In this document: piece after piece, positions 19,575 to 27,796 of the stretch
Numbering within the stretch: position 1 is the stretch's first letter
How the letters are laid out: every line of letters starts with the position of its first letter
IMG/VR virus record: IMGVR_UViG_3300037424_000117
Location: 2,529 to 66,528 of that record
Length of the DNA: 64,000 nucleotides
Origin: a virus
Lineage: Duplodnaviria > Caudoviricetes
Direction: 5' to 3' (one strand)
Position numbers and translations under genes: made by a program
Notes under the pieces: generated by a model
Database searches by the model: none
What the model was told of the DNA's origin: nothing
Seen by the model: only the letters and a program-made list of their open reading frames with translations

Positions 19575-19653
19575 GCCCGAGTCCTCTGCATGCGTCTGGG
19601 CGACCGGGCGCATGCGGGCCGACTTGGCCGACACTGACAGGAGCACAGCAATC

Positions 19654-20208
19654 ATGGCACACATCAACGGCTCAGGAATTCAGCAGCACAGCGACGGCGG
19701 GCATCTGCCCTACGTGGTGTACATGCTCGGGGAGTACACCGACCACGGCGCGCTGGTGAAAGAACGCATAATCGTATCGCTGGCCGGCGAGCCTCTGACC
19801 GAGGCCGCGACTTGGCGCGAGGGCCACGCACTGGCGCTCGAATTCAAACGCCGCGACGTGCGCGACAGCGTGACAGCGCGATTCATCCGGGCTGACTGGG
19901 CCGACGCTGTAGCGCACCTCGTGGATCACCCGGCGCTCATAGCGGACGCGCAGCGCGAACGCAACGACCACCTCATGATGTACGGCGACGCGAATCATGT
20001 GCCGCTGACCGGGCAGGACATGCTCGCGTGGAAGCGGGCCGAGGCTCGAAAGTTTGAAGAGACCGAAGCCGCCTATCAGGCGCGCGAAGCGGAGATGGCA
20101 GCGGCCCGAGAAGAGTTCTACGCTTCGGCAGAGGAACAAGGCAGCGAGGCGCTGGACGAGCTACGCGGGCGTGAACTTGCGCGCCGGGCTCTGGGCATCA
20201 TCGAGTAA
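19654..20208 (+). CDS. early hypothetical protein (184 aa)
   Basis: RBS aggag then MAHINGSG...; coiled-coil C-terminus. Confidence 0.7.
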   Translation: MAHINGSGIQQHSDGGHLPYVVYMLGEYTDHGALVKERIIVSLAGEPLTEAATWREGHALALEFKRRDVRDSVTARFIRADWADAVAHLVDHPALIADAQRERNDHLMMYGDANHVPLTGQDMLAWKRAEARKFEETEAAYQAREAEMAAAREEFYASAEEQGSEALDELRGRELARRALGIIE

Positions 20209-20281
20209 CGCGAATCGCACTACAGCCGCGTGACAGGCGGCTGAGTGGGCGACTTGCCCGAGTTGATAGGAGGTTAGCACC

Positions 20282-20602
20282 ATGAACTTGCAACTTGTAC
20301 CAGCCGCAGCCGTCACCGTGCGCATCAAGTGCGTGCGCTGTCACGGCACCAGCTTCGTGGGTAAGGGTGGGCACAAAGTGTACGCCGACCTTGACGGTGT
20401 GCCGTTCGTGGATTACTACTGCGAGCCGTGCCGCGCACACATTCTCGTTACCAGTGGCGGACGCGAGGGCATTTGCGCCGACGCGCTGCGCTACGGGCGG
20501 GAGCCGCTGAAGCTCGGCAGCACCATGATCGAGGTGCGCATTGGCGAGCGCTCGCCGCTGCTCACCCAGTCCTTCGAAACTTTCAACAGGGGGCAAGCAT
20601 GA
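20282..20602 (+). CDS. early Zn-binding hypothetical protein (106 aa)
   Basis: RBS aggagg; CxxC...CxxC. Confidence 0.7.
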   Translation: MNLQLVPAAAVTVRIKCVRCHGTSFVGKGGHKVYADLDGVPFVDYYCEPCRAHILVTSGGREGICADALRYGREPLKLGSTMIEVRIGERSPLLTQSFETFNRGQA

Positions 20603-20928
20603 AAGACTGGAGCGTGCACAAATCCGAGGTGCCGTTGTTTGCTATCAGCACATCGCACAAGTGCGGGTGGCGGGCGTTCTACGTGTCTGTCAGGGTGCAG
20701 ACCGCAGGCGCTAACGAGTGGCACCAGCGCCAAGTGTTTCATCTTGGCATTGACCCGACCGCATCGCGGCCCAGCATTTTTGGGGCCGTGCAGTGGCACA
20801 GGCGCGGCTTTAGTTGGCGCGTGCCAATCAAGCTGATTAGCTGGCGCATGGTCATGCGCTTCCCGTTCCTGCGCCGCCTGTACGTGTGGCAGGGGCACAT
20901 GCTGTTTAAACTAGACGGGAGGTTCTGA
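20599..20928 (+). CDS. early Trp/Arg-rich hypothetical protein
   Basis: ATGA coupling; MKDWSVHK... Confidence 0.55.
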   Translation: MKDWSVHKSEVPLFAISTSHKCGWRAFYVSVRVQTAGANEWHQRQVFHLGIDPTASRPSIFGAVQWHRRGFSWRVPIKLISWRMVMRFPFLRRLYVWQGHMLFKLDGRF

Positions 20929-20936
20929 CCGGGGGC

Positions 20937-20965
20937 TTGACACTGCCAGCGCATTCGTGCAGAGT
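20937..20965 (+). promoter_or_regulatory. early promoter with inverted repeat over the spacer and -10
   Basis: TTGACA-17-CAGAGT; arms gccagcgcattc/gagtgcgctggc. Confidence 0.75.
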
Positions 20966-21005
20966 GCGCTGGCGGGGCGACTTGCCCGAGTAGAAAGGGA
21001 CCAAC

Positions 21006-21161
21006 ATGAAACGCAGAGCACACAAGGCACTATTGGCACGCATCCCGGCGATTGATCCGGCGCTGTACTTCCTGCGGCCCGCATTCCCGCTGACTAACCC
21101 GGTGCCGCAGGACTTGCCGGTCCACGTCAGCGTGGCGAACATGCACAGGGGGCGAGCATGA
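21006..21161 (+). CDS. early hypothetical protein (51 aa)
   Basis: Own translation MKRRAHKALL...; RBS aaaggga; ATGA coupling to the next gene. Confidence 0.5.
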   Translation: MKRRAHKALLARIPAIDPALYFLRPAFPLTNPVPQDLPVHVSVANMHRGRA

Positions 21162-21391
21162 ACATTTACAACCACTTCGACTACACCACGCAGGGACGCA
21201 GGCCGACAGCGGCGCAGATAGTCGCAGCATGGCGCAACGCTGGCAGGCCCGCGCAATTCTCGGTGCAGTACGGCGAGACCGAGGCCGAGTTTAACTACGG
21301 CTGGCGCGGCTGGGATGACTCGGGCAACGGTTGCCGAGGTGTTGACCGGCTCGCTGTGATCAAGGCTCTCGCCGGGCAGTCGCCGGCATGA
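21158..21391 (+). CDS. early hypothetical protein (77 aa)
   Basis: Coupled ORF chain. Confidence 0.65.
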   Translation: MNIYNHFDYTTQGRRPTAAQIVAAWRNAGRPAQFSVQYGETEAEFNYGWRGWDDSGNGCRGVDRLAVIKALAGQSPA

Positions 21392-21591
21392 GTGGGCAGC
21401 GCATGAGCGCCGAGGCACTGGCGCAGATGGATCACGTTTTTTATGGTGCGCTTCAGGTGATCAATCGACACAAGAAACCGGGAGAGGTGCACCATCCTAT
21501 CCCGCTGCGGTACGTGACGCGGCCCGCTCACGTGCCGGAGGCAAGCAACGACGGGCTCAACGTAATCGAAGGGGGTCAACATGGCTCTTAG
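21388..21591 (+). CDS. early hypothetical protein (67 aa)
   Basis: Coupled ORF chain. Confidence 0.55.
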   Translation: MSGQRMSAEALAQMDHVFYGALQVINRHKKPGEVHHPIPLRYVTRPAHVPEASNDGLNVIEGGQHGS

Positions 21592-21802
21592 CGTTTGCAA
21601 CGGTTGGCACATCCGGCACAGCAGCACAGCGCCACCGACCGGGCAGTGGCGCGCCACCCGGCACGGCGTGAGCATGTGCGCGGGCTCATACCACGCACTG
21701 GTCAACATGATCCAAGAGCGAAGCGCAGAGGAACGCGCAAGGCGTGGGCCAGCATGGGATGGAATGGCACCGCGAGGTGTCATTAAAACTCATGGCGTTT
21801 AA
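21581..21802 (+). CDS. early hypothetical protein (73 aa)
   Basis: RBS gggg; overlapping chain. Confidence 0.5.
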   Translation: MALSVCNGWHIRHSSTAPPTGQWRATRHGVSMCAGSYHALVNMIQERSAEERARRGPAWDGMAPRGVIKTHGV

Positions 21803-22061
21803 ACGCCTCACAGCAGCACAGCGCCGCGCGCTGATGTACCTGCGGGCACTGGGCGAGATGTTGCCCAATCCGCAGGACGCCCGCTCGCTCAAGGTGCTCG
21901 CGAGGCGCGGGCTCGTGCGCTATCGCAAACGGGACGGCATCCGCTATGCCGTGTTGCGTGACGGGAACGCCGAGGCAGCGGAGAAGCGCAGACTAAAGCG
22001 CGCGACCCGGTACTTTGGCTGGACCGAATCAGGAGAAAGGGAACACCATGAAAGCGTATAG
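21792..22061 (+). CDS. early basic protein, winged-helix-like (MAFKRLTAAQRRAL...)
   Basis: LT..Q..AL...L..L..RGLV pattern. Confidence 0.55.
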   Translation: MAFKRLTAAQRRALMYLRALGEMLPNPQDARSLKVLARRGLVRYRKRDGIRYAVLRDGNAEAAEKRRLKRATRYFGWTESGEREHHESV

Positions 22062-22269
22062 AACGGTCAGGGGTGCCACTCAGTACAAGCCAGCGCTCGA
22101 AGACGTGGAGGCCGCGATCCACGGCGACGAGATGACGGGCTTTTGTCTTGCGTGCGGTGACTCACAGGGTGGTGTCGAGCCCGACGCCCGCAAGTACAAT
22201 TGCGAATCGTGCGGCGAGCCGAAAGTTTACGGCGCGGAGCAGTTGCTGCTGATGGGGCTCGTGCACTAA
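22048..22269 (+). CDS. early Zn-ribbon protein (73 aa)
   Basis: GFCLACG...VEPDA..YNCESCG...VYGAE. Confidence 0.75.
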   Translation: MKAYRTVRGATQYKPALEDVEAAIHGDEMTGFCLACGDSQGGVEPDARKYNCESCGEPKVYGAEQLLLMGLVH

Positions 22270-22275
22270 AAAGGC

Positions 22276-22304
22276 TTGACACTCGCAGCGCATTCGATTA
22301 GAGT
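22276..22304 (+). promoter_or_regulatory. early promoter with inverted repeat over the spacer and -10
   Basis: TTGACA-17-TAGAGT; arms cgcagcgcattc/gagtgcgctgcg. Confidence 0.8.
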
Positions 22305-22348
22305 GCGCTGCGGGGGCGACTTGCCCGATTACCTGACAGGGTGACAGC

Positions 22349-22555
22349 ATGGGAACGAGAACAGCAGCAGCAACTAACTTTCGGGTGCGCGACGCGCTCT
22401 TAATTGTTAGCGAGCTTATCGGTTGGGCTGATGACGACGCCGACCACGCAAGACGCAGCGATGCGCCGAACGTCGCGCTGGATGATGATAATCGCGCGGC
22501 GCACTTGCGCAAGGCGTACAGTCTGATCCTTGGCACCATCCGGAGCGAATCATGA
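22349..22555 (+). CDS. early hypothetical protein (68 aa)
   Basis: Follows a cassette; coupled to the next gene. Confidence 0.6.
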   Translation: MGTRTAAATNFRVRDALLIVSELIGWADDDADHARRSDAPNVALDDDNRAAHLRKAYSLILGTIRSES

Positions 22556-22929
22556 AAGCGCCACAAGTTTTTAACAGCATCGACGACATCCGCGCGTACC
22601 ATGAGCGCGTGCTCGGCGGGCATTTCTTCCGCGAGGCTCGCAAGTTCAATGGCAAGGTGTACCCGGAGATTTATCCGGGCCGCGAGGGCTGGCCTATCAT
22701 CGTCACGAGCGAGAAGCAGCCGAGTGACTGGACCGGCTACCATCCGCGCCGATACACCGTGCGACAGTTGAACGAGCGCGGCGGGTTCGACACGATCAAG
22801 CCGACGTTCGAGAAGCGGGAAGTGTCCGGCTTCGGATACTGGGCAAGCCTTCGCGGCGCTCGCCACTTCGCGTACAAGGTGTCACACGATCAACTCACAG
22901 GCGGCGATCACTACGGGGAGAAGTCATGA
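22552..22929 (+). CDS. early conserved phage protein (125 aa)
   Basis: HFF...VTSE...RRYTVR motif. Confidence 0.7.
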   Translation: MKAPQVFNSIDDIRAYHERVLGGHFFREARKFNGKVYPEIYPGREGWPIIVTSEKQPSDWTGYHPRRYTVRQLNERGGFDTIKPTFEKREVSGFGYWASLRGARHFAYKVSHDQLTGGDHYGEKS

Positions 22930-23069
22930 ACAATTTATACTATCCGGTCGGGGACTTCGTTGTGCAGAAGTACCGCGCGCAGCGGCGCAAGGTCGGCGCG
23001 TATCAGACCGCGCGCAACATGCGCAAGCAGGGCTTTCCGCTCTGGCTCACGCGGCTGGTGCTACTATGA
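22926..23069 (+). CDS. early hypothetical protein (47 aa)
   Basis: Own translation; ATGA coupling at both ends. Confidence 0.6.
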   Translation: MNNLYYPVGDFVVQKYRAQRRKVGAYQTARNMRKQGFPLWLTRLVLL

Positions 23070-23572
23070 ACCGGCAGGAGTTTAACACGCACTGCTCGGC
23101 GCTGACGTGGGTTGTTATGCGCCGGGCTCTTGACGTGCTCAAGGTCCACGGCTTCGATGGTGTTGTTGCAGTGGATGATCCGCCCGCTTCATTCGATGGA
23201 CTGCGCACGCGGTACAGCATGCTAAAGCACGTCGGTGCGCGCCTGTTTCCAGTGCTGGGCACTCACTGCGACGACGTGATCTATGACACGCCACACGTCA
23301 ACATGCTCTACCGTGGCTGGCATGATCTGACGCACATTGAATTGAATTGGGGCTTCGGATACGCCGACGAGCTTATCGTGGCGCGTCACAAGTCGCTGAG
23401 CATCCCCGAGGGTCCGATGCGCGACATCATGCTCGCCGATGCGGTGGGCGAATCCCAGTTTGCCAACGCTACGGGCGGCAAGTTCCCGCGCCGGCAACGA
23501 GACTGGGCTTTCGACTACGTGAACTGCGGCTTCGCGGTTGCGCTGGAAATTCACCGGCACGACACAGCATGA
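23066..23572 (+). CDS. hypothetical protein with NxxYRxWHDxxH motif (168 aa)
   Basis: Motif NMLYRGWHDLTH...E suggests a metal-binding site. Confidence 0.65.
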   Translation: MNRQEFNTHCSALTWVVMRRALDVLKVHGFDGVVAVDDPPASFDGLRTRYSMLKHVGARLFPVLGTHCDDVIYDTPHVNMLYRGWHDLTHIELNWGFGYADELIVARHKSLSIPEGPMRDIMLADAVGESQFANATGGKFPRRQRDWAFDYVNCGFAVALEIHRHDTA

Positions 23573-23793
23573 CAGCGCGACTCGTGCACAGCGCGCCGCA
23601 CGTGTGCAGCAACGGCGGCGAGCCGATGATCTGGCAACCTGCCGGTCGGCGCTTCTACTGCCCGAAGTGTCACGCGGTGGAGGCGCCGGCAGAGTACCGG
23701 GAATGTTTAAACACGAAAGTGCTTGACAAGTCCGGAACAGGGGCGGATGATACGCCACCAACCGATCAACCTGAACCGACGAGGTACGCATGA
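23569..23793 (+). CDS. small Zn-binding protein
   Basis: HVCSNGG...YCPKC; coupled. Confidence 0.5.
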   Translation: MTARLVHSAPHVCSNGGEPMIWQPAGRRFYCPKCHAVEAPAEYRECLNTKVLDKSGTGADDTPPTDQPEPTRYA

Positions 23794-24377
23794 AAACGAA
23801 ATTTGAAACCCGCGAACAATGGCTCATGGCCGCAGTCGAGCAACTCCGCCCGCTGTTTAAACAGGCGGGCACGCCTCTTCCCGAGGCGATGCGCTTCACC
23901 GTCTCATTTCCGTGGCAGGGCGCACGGGGTAGCATCATCGGCCAGCACTTCCCGGTGAGCATGAGCAAGGACGGCACGCACGAGATGCTGGTCCACCCGA
24001 AGCTCGACGACCCGTACGCAGTGGTCGGCGTGATCGCGCATGAACTGGTGCACGCAGCGCTCCCGCCCGCATCAAAGCATGGCCGTGACTTCGCGAAGCT
24101 CGGCAAGGCCGTGGGCCTGACCGGGAAGCCCAAGCACATGGGCAACGGTCCCGAGTTCGACAAGACCGTGACGGACCCGATGCTCAAGATTCTCGGCGCC
24201 TACCCGCACGCAGGGTTCAACGTGCACGGTCGGGGCGGCGTGAAGAAACAGACCACGCGCCTGCTCAAGTGCGAGTGCGCCGCGTGCGGATACATCGCCC
24301 GCGTGAGTGCGAAGTGGATCGACGAAGTCGGCCCGCCTATCTGCCCGACCGACGAGATGCCGATGGAGGCCGTATGA
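23790..24377 (+). CDS. SprT-like zinc metallopeptidase (195 aa)
   Basis: HELVH + HG..F motif; C-terminal CxC..CG and CP..D Zn ligands. Confidence 0.8.
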   Translation: MKTKFETREQWLMAAVEQLRPLFKQAGTPLPEAMRFTVSFPWQGARGSIIGQHFPVSMSKDGTHEMLVHPKLDDPYAVVGVIAHELVHAALPPASKHGRDFAKLGKAVGLTGKPKHMGNGPEFDKTVTDPMLKILGAYPHAGFNVHGRGGVKKQTTRLLKCECAACGYIARVSAKWIDEVGPPICPTDEMPMEAV

Positions 24378-24475
24378 TCGCGTGGTTCTACGACAACATC
24401 GCGCCGGTACTCTTCGGCGCCGCCGTCGTGTACTTCTTTGCAATGGCTGGCTGGGCGCTGTACAGGCGCAAATGA
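24374..24475 (+). CDS. small membrane peptide (33 aa)
   Basis: RBS ggagg; single hydrophobic helix. Confidence 0.55.
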   Translation: MIAWFYDNIAPVLFGAAVVYFFAMAGWALYRRK

Positions 24476-24609
24476 AACTCACCGGGTACGCAGCGTACGG
24501 CACGACGCGACGCAAGGCGTTGCGTGGGCTCTGGGCGTTCATCGAAGTGCTGGAAGTGGAGCACCTCTACACCAAGGCGTTTAAACGGCACTGCTTGACA
24601 GCGAAATAA
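24472..24609 (+). CDS. hypothetical protein (45 aa)
   Basis: ATGA coupling. Confidence 0.45.
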   Translation: MKLTGYAAYGTTRRKALRGLWAFIEVLEVEHLYTKAFKRHCLTAK

Positions 24610-24623
24610 GATCGGCGCATAGT
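24595..24623 (+). promoter_or_regulatory. sigma70 promoter
   Basis: TTGACA-17-CATAGT then RBS aggag and ATG 24645. Confidence 0.7.
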
Positions 24624-24644
24624 GCGCGACACACAGGAGAAATC

Positions 24645-24989
24645 ATGAAATTGAGCGAGATATATCGGAAGGCGGCAGAGAACTACGCGAACAACTTGGG
24701 CGGTGGCTATGGGTGTTGCGCCGCTATCTATCTTGCCCGGCACGGAATACGAGCGAGAGGGAAGTACAACTTCGACCCCGATGGGTCTGGGCTTGTGTTC
24801 CATGATGATGACCCCGAGCAAGCATTTTTCCGCTGGCTGTTTGCACCATCGGCAAGCGCTGCATTAGTTGGCGTGTACTGGTGGGAGAGCCCATACAGTG
24901 ACTCAGCCAGCGAATTTAAAAAGGACAAGCAAGCTCGTGTGCTCGCGCTCCTGCTTGCAGCCGAGATTGCTGAGGGGGCAGGAATATGA
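24645..24989 (+). CDS. hypothetical protein (114 aa)
   Basis: RBS aggag. Confidence 0.7.
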   Translation: MKLSEIYRKAAENYANNLGGGYGCCAAIYLARHGIRARGKYNFDPDGSGLVFHDDDPEQAFFRWLFAPSASAALVGVYWWESPYSDSASEFKKDKQARVLALLLAAEIAEGAGI

Positions 24990-25141
24990 CCATGCTGACC
25001 GAGTTGCTGAGGACGGAAGAGTTCGACACTACTGAGCCCGCCACGTTCTACGTGCCGGGGGCCACAGGGTGGGACGACAAGGAACTGCCGGCCAAGATGA
25101 AGGCCGCGTTCAATCCCAGCGACGAAGGGTGGGACGAGTAA
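24986..25141 (+). CDS. acidic small protein (51 aa)
   Basis: Own translation MTMLTELLRTEEFD...; stop overlaps the next ATG. Confidence 0.55.
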   Translation: MTMLTELLRTEEFDTTEPATFYVPGATGWDDKELPAKMKAAFNPSDEGWDE

Positions 25142-25434
25142 TGGCGAAGAAAATCGCAGAGGCGATTGTGAGCCAACTGGCGGACGCCTACGGCGAACTG
25201 CTGGAAGCCAAGCGCGAGATTCAAGCAGAGATGGACGCGCTGAAGGACAAGATCGTGCAGCTAGGTGGCGACGTTCAGGGCGACGAGTACTGCGTGCACA
25301 TCACGCGTGCGTACACGCACTCGCATTATGGAATGCTCGCATACCTGCGGTCCTATCACCCGCTAATCGTTAGCCGGTTCGAGACCACGCGCTGCTACTT
25401 CCGCACGACAGCGATGAAGCTGAAAAAATGCTGA
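25141..25434 (+). CDS. hypothetical protein (97 aa), N-terminal coiled coil
   Basis: MAKKIAEAIV...; TAATG coupling. Confidence 0.6.
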   Translation: MAKKIAEAIVSQLADAYGELLEAKREIQAEMDALKDKIVQLGGDVQGDEYCVHITRAYTHSHYGMLAYLRSYHPLIVSRFETTRCYFRTTAMKLKKC

Positions 25435-25613
25435 CCGCGCTCCAGTCGGCGAAGATCAAGACGGCCAGCAATCTAGCCGAGGCGCGCGAGGCACTACTGC
25501 GCACGCCTAGCAGCGTCCTCTGGAATCGTGGCGAGGGAGAACTGATCCACGAAATGATTGCGAGGATCGACACGCTCATCAGCCGAATTATCACCAACGA
25601 GGAACTGCCGTGA
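25428..25613 (+). CDS. hypothetical protein (61 aa)
   Basis: Coupled chain. Confidence 0.55.
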   Translation: MLTALQSAKIKTASNLAEAREALLRTPSSVLWNRGEGELIHEMIARIDTLISRIITNEELP

Positions 25614-25780
25614 CCCGCGCTCGCGTCACTCTGGACGTGGACTACGACCCTGACCTGACGGGCGCGATCCACTGGGGCGCGTTCGCAACCATCTTCGCAG
25701 CACAGGCGAAGGTGCGACTGATCAAGACGGAGGTGGACCTTAACCCGCCGACCGAAGTAGAGACCAAGGTTTCGCAGTAG
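25610..25780 (+). CDS. hypothetical protein (56 aa)
   Basis: GTGA coupling; own translation. Confidence 0.5.
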   Translation: MTRARVTLDVDYDPDLTGAIHWGAFATIFAAQAKVRLIKTEVDLNPPTEVETKVSQ

Positions 25781-25821
25781 CCGGCACCGGGCACTGGTGC
25801 ACTTGAATAGGAGAAACGGAA

Positions 25822-26280
25822 ATGGACAGGAAAATCAGCAATCAGATGTGGCTCTGGGGTGCGGTACTCGCTACCATGCTCGCGCTGAGTAACGGAGGCG
25901 TTGCTCGCGCGGAAGACGCGCCGACAAAACCGACACAGCCGGTGTTCGCGCAAGCGGCTGAGTTTGTCCAAGTTGACAACATCCCGTGGTGCATCGAGGC
26001 ATCGAAGATCGCGCTTCAACTCGCAACCGGCGCGGTGGCCGAGAACTGGGACACCGTGACGACCGCTAAGCACATCAGCTTCGGCGAGGAACCGGTGCCC
26101 GAGAGTGAGAACATCTACCGTGCGATGTTTGCGCTGCTCTTCGCGACCGACATCCATAACGCGCTCGCCTATGTCGCATCGAACCCGGCCACACCCGTTG
26201 ACGAGTACGCGACCCGCGCAACGCAGGTGATACTGGAATCCTGCGCGTATCAGTACGGAAAGAACGTGGCGGGTAAGTGA
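25822..26280 (+). CDS. exported/periplasmic protein (152 aa)
   Basis: Signal-peptide-like N-terminus ending VARA-E; RBS aggag. Confidence 0.7.
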   Translation: MDRKISNQMWLWGAVLATMLALSNGGVARAEDAPTKPTQPVFAQAAEFVQVDNIPWCIEASKIALQLATGAVAENWDTVTTAKHISFGEEPVPESENIYRAMFALLFATDIHNALAYVASNPATPVDEYATRATQVILESCAYQYGKNVAGK

Positions 26281-26447
26281 TGGCGGCGTCACGCATGCTG
26301 GCTGTGCGCATTCCCGAGGAACACTACGCCGCGCTGGAGTTGCTGGTGCGGGCGCAGCGTGCAGCCGGGCATGACGTGACGCTCTCGAAGGTGGTGCAGC
26401 AGCACATCGGAAACTTGGCAGCAGTCATCATGGAGAAAGCAAAATGA
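26280..26447 (+). CDS. ribbon-helix-helix-like DNA-binding protein (55 aa)
   Basis: Own translation; MLAVRIPEEHYAALELL...TLSKVVQQHI fits the beta-strand/helix/helix RHH pattern. Confidence 0.55.
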   Translation: MAASRMLAVRIPEEHYAALELLVRAQRAAGHDVTLSKVVQQHIGNLAAVIMEKAK

Positions 26448-26974
26448 TCTGGAAAAATACTGAAGCAGTGCACGACGAAGCGGATAAGAACGACCCGGCA
26501 GTTGAGACGCACGAGCAGTCAATCACGCGCGAAGCGCGCGAGAACGGCTTCGATCTTAACGCTCCGCTGTTCACAAAGGACGGCGACAGCGTTCGCATCG
26601 TAGGCTTCGACCACGCGAATCGTTTCGGCTGGCCGATCATCGGTGAGATTACGGACACAGAAGTTTCCTTCGATGGCATCAAGGGCACGAGCACGAGGCT
26701 CGCGAAGTTTGATACTACTGGAGCCATCTGGGCCGCTACTCCGTCAGCGCGGGAGAAGCACTCGCTGCAACGGAACCTCATCAAGTGGCACCGCCGGCAA
26801 CCGAAACCGGAGTCCGAGGTTCTGGAGTTGGAGTCGATCATCTATCAGGTGCAGATGACTCAGCCCGGCAAGAACAAGGTGAAGATCACGCACCTGAAAT
26901 TGCCGGAGCCGATATACTTGGACAAGGGTGTGACGCTCTCGCTCATCAACACGCAAGCACGCGCAATTAAATAG
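26444..26974 (+). CDS. hypothetical protein (176 aa)
   Basis: RBS ggag; ATGA coupling. Confidence 0.6.
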   Translation: MIWKNTEAVHDEADKNDPAVETHEQSITREARENGFDLNAPLFTKDGDSVRIVGFDHANRFGWPIIGEITDTEVSFDGIKGTSTRLAKFDTTGAIWAATPSAREKHSLQRNLIKWHRRQPKPESEVLELESIIYQVQMTQPGKNKVKITHLKLPEPIYLDKGVTLSLINTQARAIK

Positions 26975-27062
26975 TCCTCAAAGCCTGTGCCTCAGAGATG
27001 GGGCGCAGCACTGTGATGATTACCCGGCACCGGGGCACAGGTGGGCAGTACAGGAGGACAAC

Positions 27063-27287
27063 ATGAAGCGTACCGTACAGATGACCAAGGGGAACATCCC
27101 CGATCTACGCAAGCCCGCGAAGAACTATGGCCTACTCACAGTGGTGGGCCAGAATCCCCGCCGCCCGTGGACGCCCGGCCCAGTGATCGACTTCCACAAG
27201 TCCTACTCCAAACGTGTGGCTGCGGCCCGCGCAGAGCAGGCTAGGATCGACGCGAAGCGGGCAGACGCCGCCGAGGTGGCAGCATGA
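27063..27287 (+). CDS. hypothetical protein (74 aa)
   Basis: RBS aggagg. Confidence 0.65.
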   Translation: MKRTVQMTKGNIPDLRKPAKNYGLLTVVGQNPRRPWTPGPVIDFHKSYSKRVAAARAEQARIDAKRADAAEVAA

Positions 27288-27796
27288 ACGCGAAGCGAGC
27301 CAAGGCTCTCAGAGCAGCCGCAAAGTATCGCAACCAGACCGCGACTCCCGGCACCATGCCGTTCCCCGGCATCATGCCGCGCGGGTACCGGTTCCCGGTC
27401 GTCAATCGAATCACCAAGCTGGTGCGTGTGTTCAGTCGCATCAAAGGCCAGCCGCGCAAGTTCATCGAGGTGCAACGCATCGAGAACAGCGGCGCGTTCT
27501 CTCGTCTCGGTAACTTCTATTCGGCTGAGCCGGTCTGGAAGATGGCGTGGTATCCGAAGCTCGACGAGAACGGAAAGCCGGTAGGCATCGTGGTCGAAGG
27601 ACAGGGCGCGGGCGAGTGGGGGCAGGCGTTCGAGATCATGCCGGTCAGCAAGCCCGGTCGTTTAAACGCGAAGCAACCGAAGGGCATCTACCGCGAACTG
27701 AAGCGGCTGGAGCGCAAGGTCGGGCTCGCCAACATCATTAAGGGGGAACACGACTGGCGGCAAATGTCGCCGGAACAACAGGAGGTGGTAGCATGA
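27284..27796 (+). CDS. basic hypothetical protein (170 aa)
   Basis: MNAKRAKALR...; ATGA coupling. Confidence 0.7.
   Translation: MNAKRAKALRAAAKYRNQTATPGTMPFPGIMPRGYRFPVVNRITKLVRVFSRIKGQPRKFIEVQRIENSGAFSRLGNFYSAEPVWKMAWYPKLDENGKPVGIVVEGQGAGEWGQAFEIMPVSKPGRLNAKQPKGIYRELKRLERKVGLANIIKGEHDWRQMSPEQQEVVA

Larger units (their letters stand above)
18934..22326 (+). repeat. six copies of a long hairpin + GGGC-GACTT-GCCC mini-hairpin + RBS leader cassette
   Basis: Mini-hairpin at 18963, 19406, 19617 (variant GGCC-GACTT-GGCC), 20247, 20975, 22314; each preceded by a 11-15 bp stem and followed by an RBS and ATG. Confidence 0.9.
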
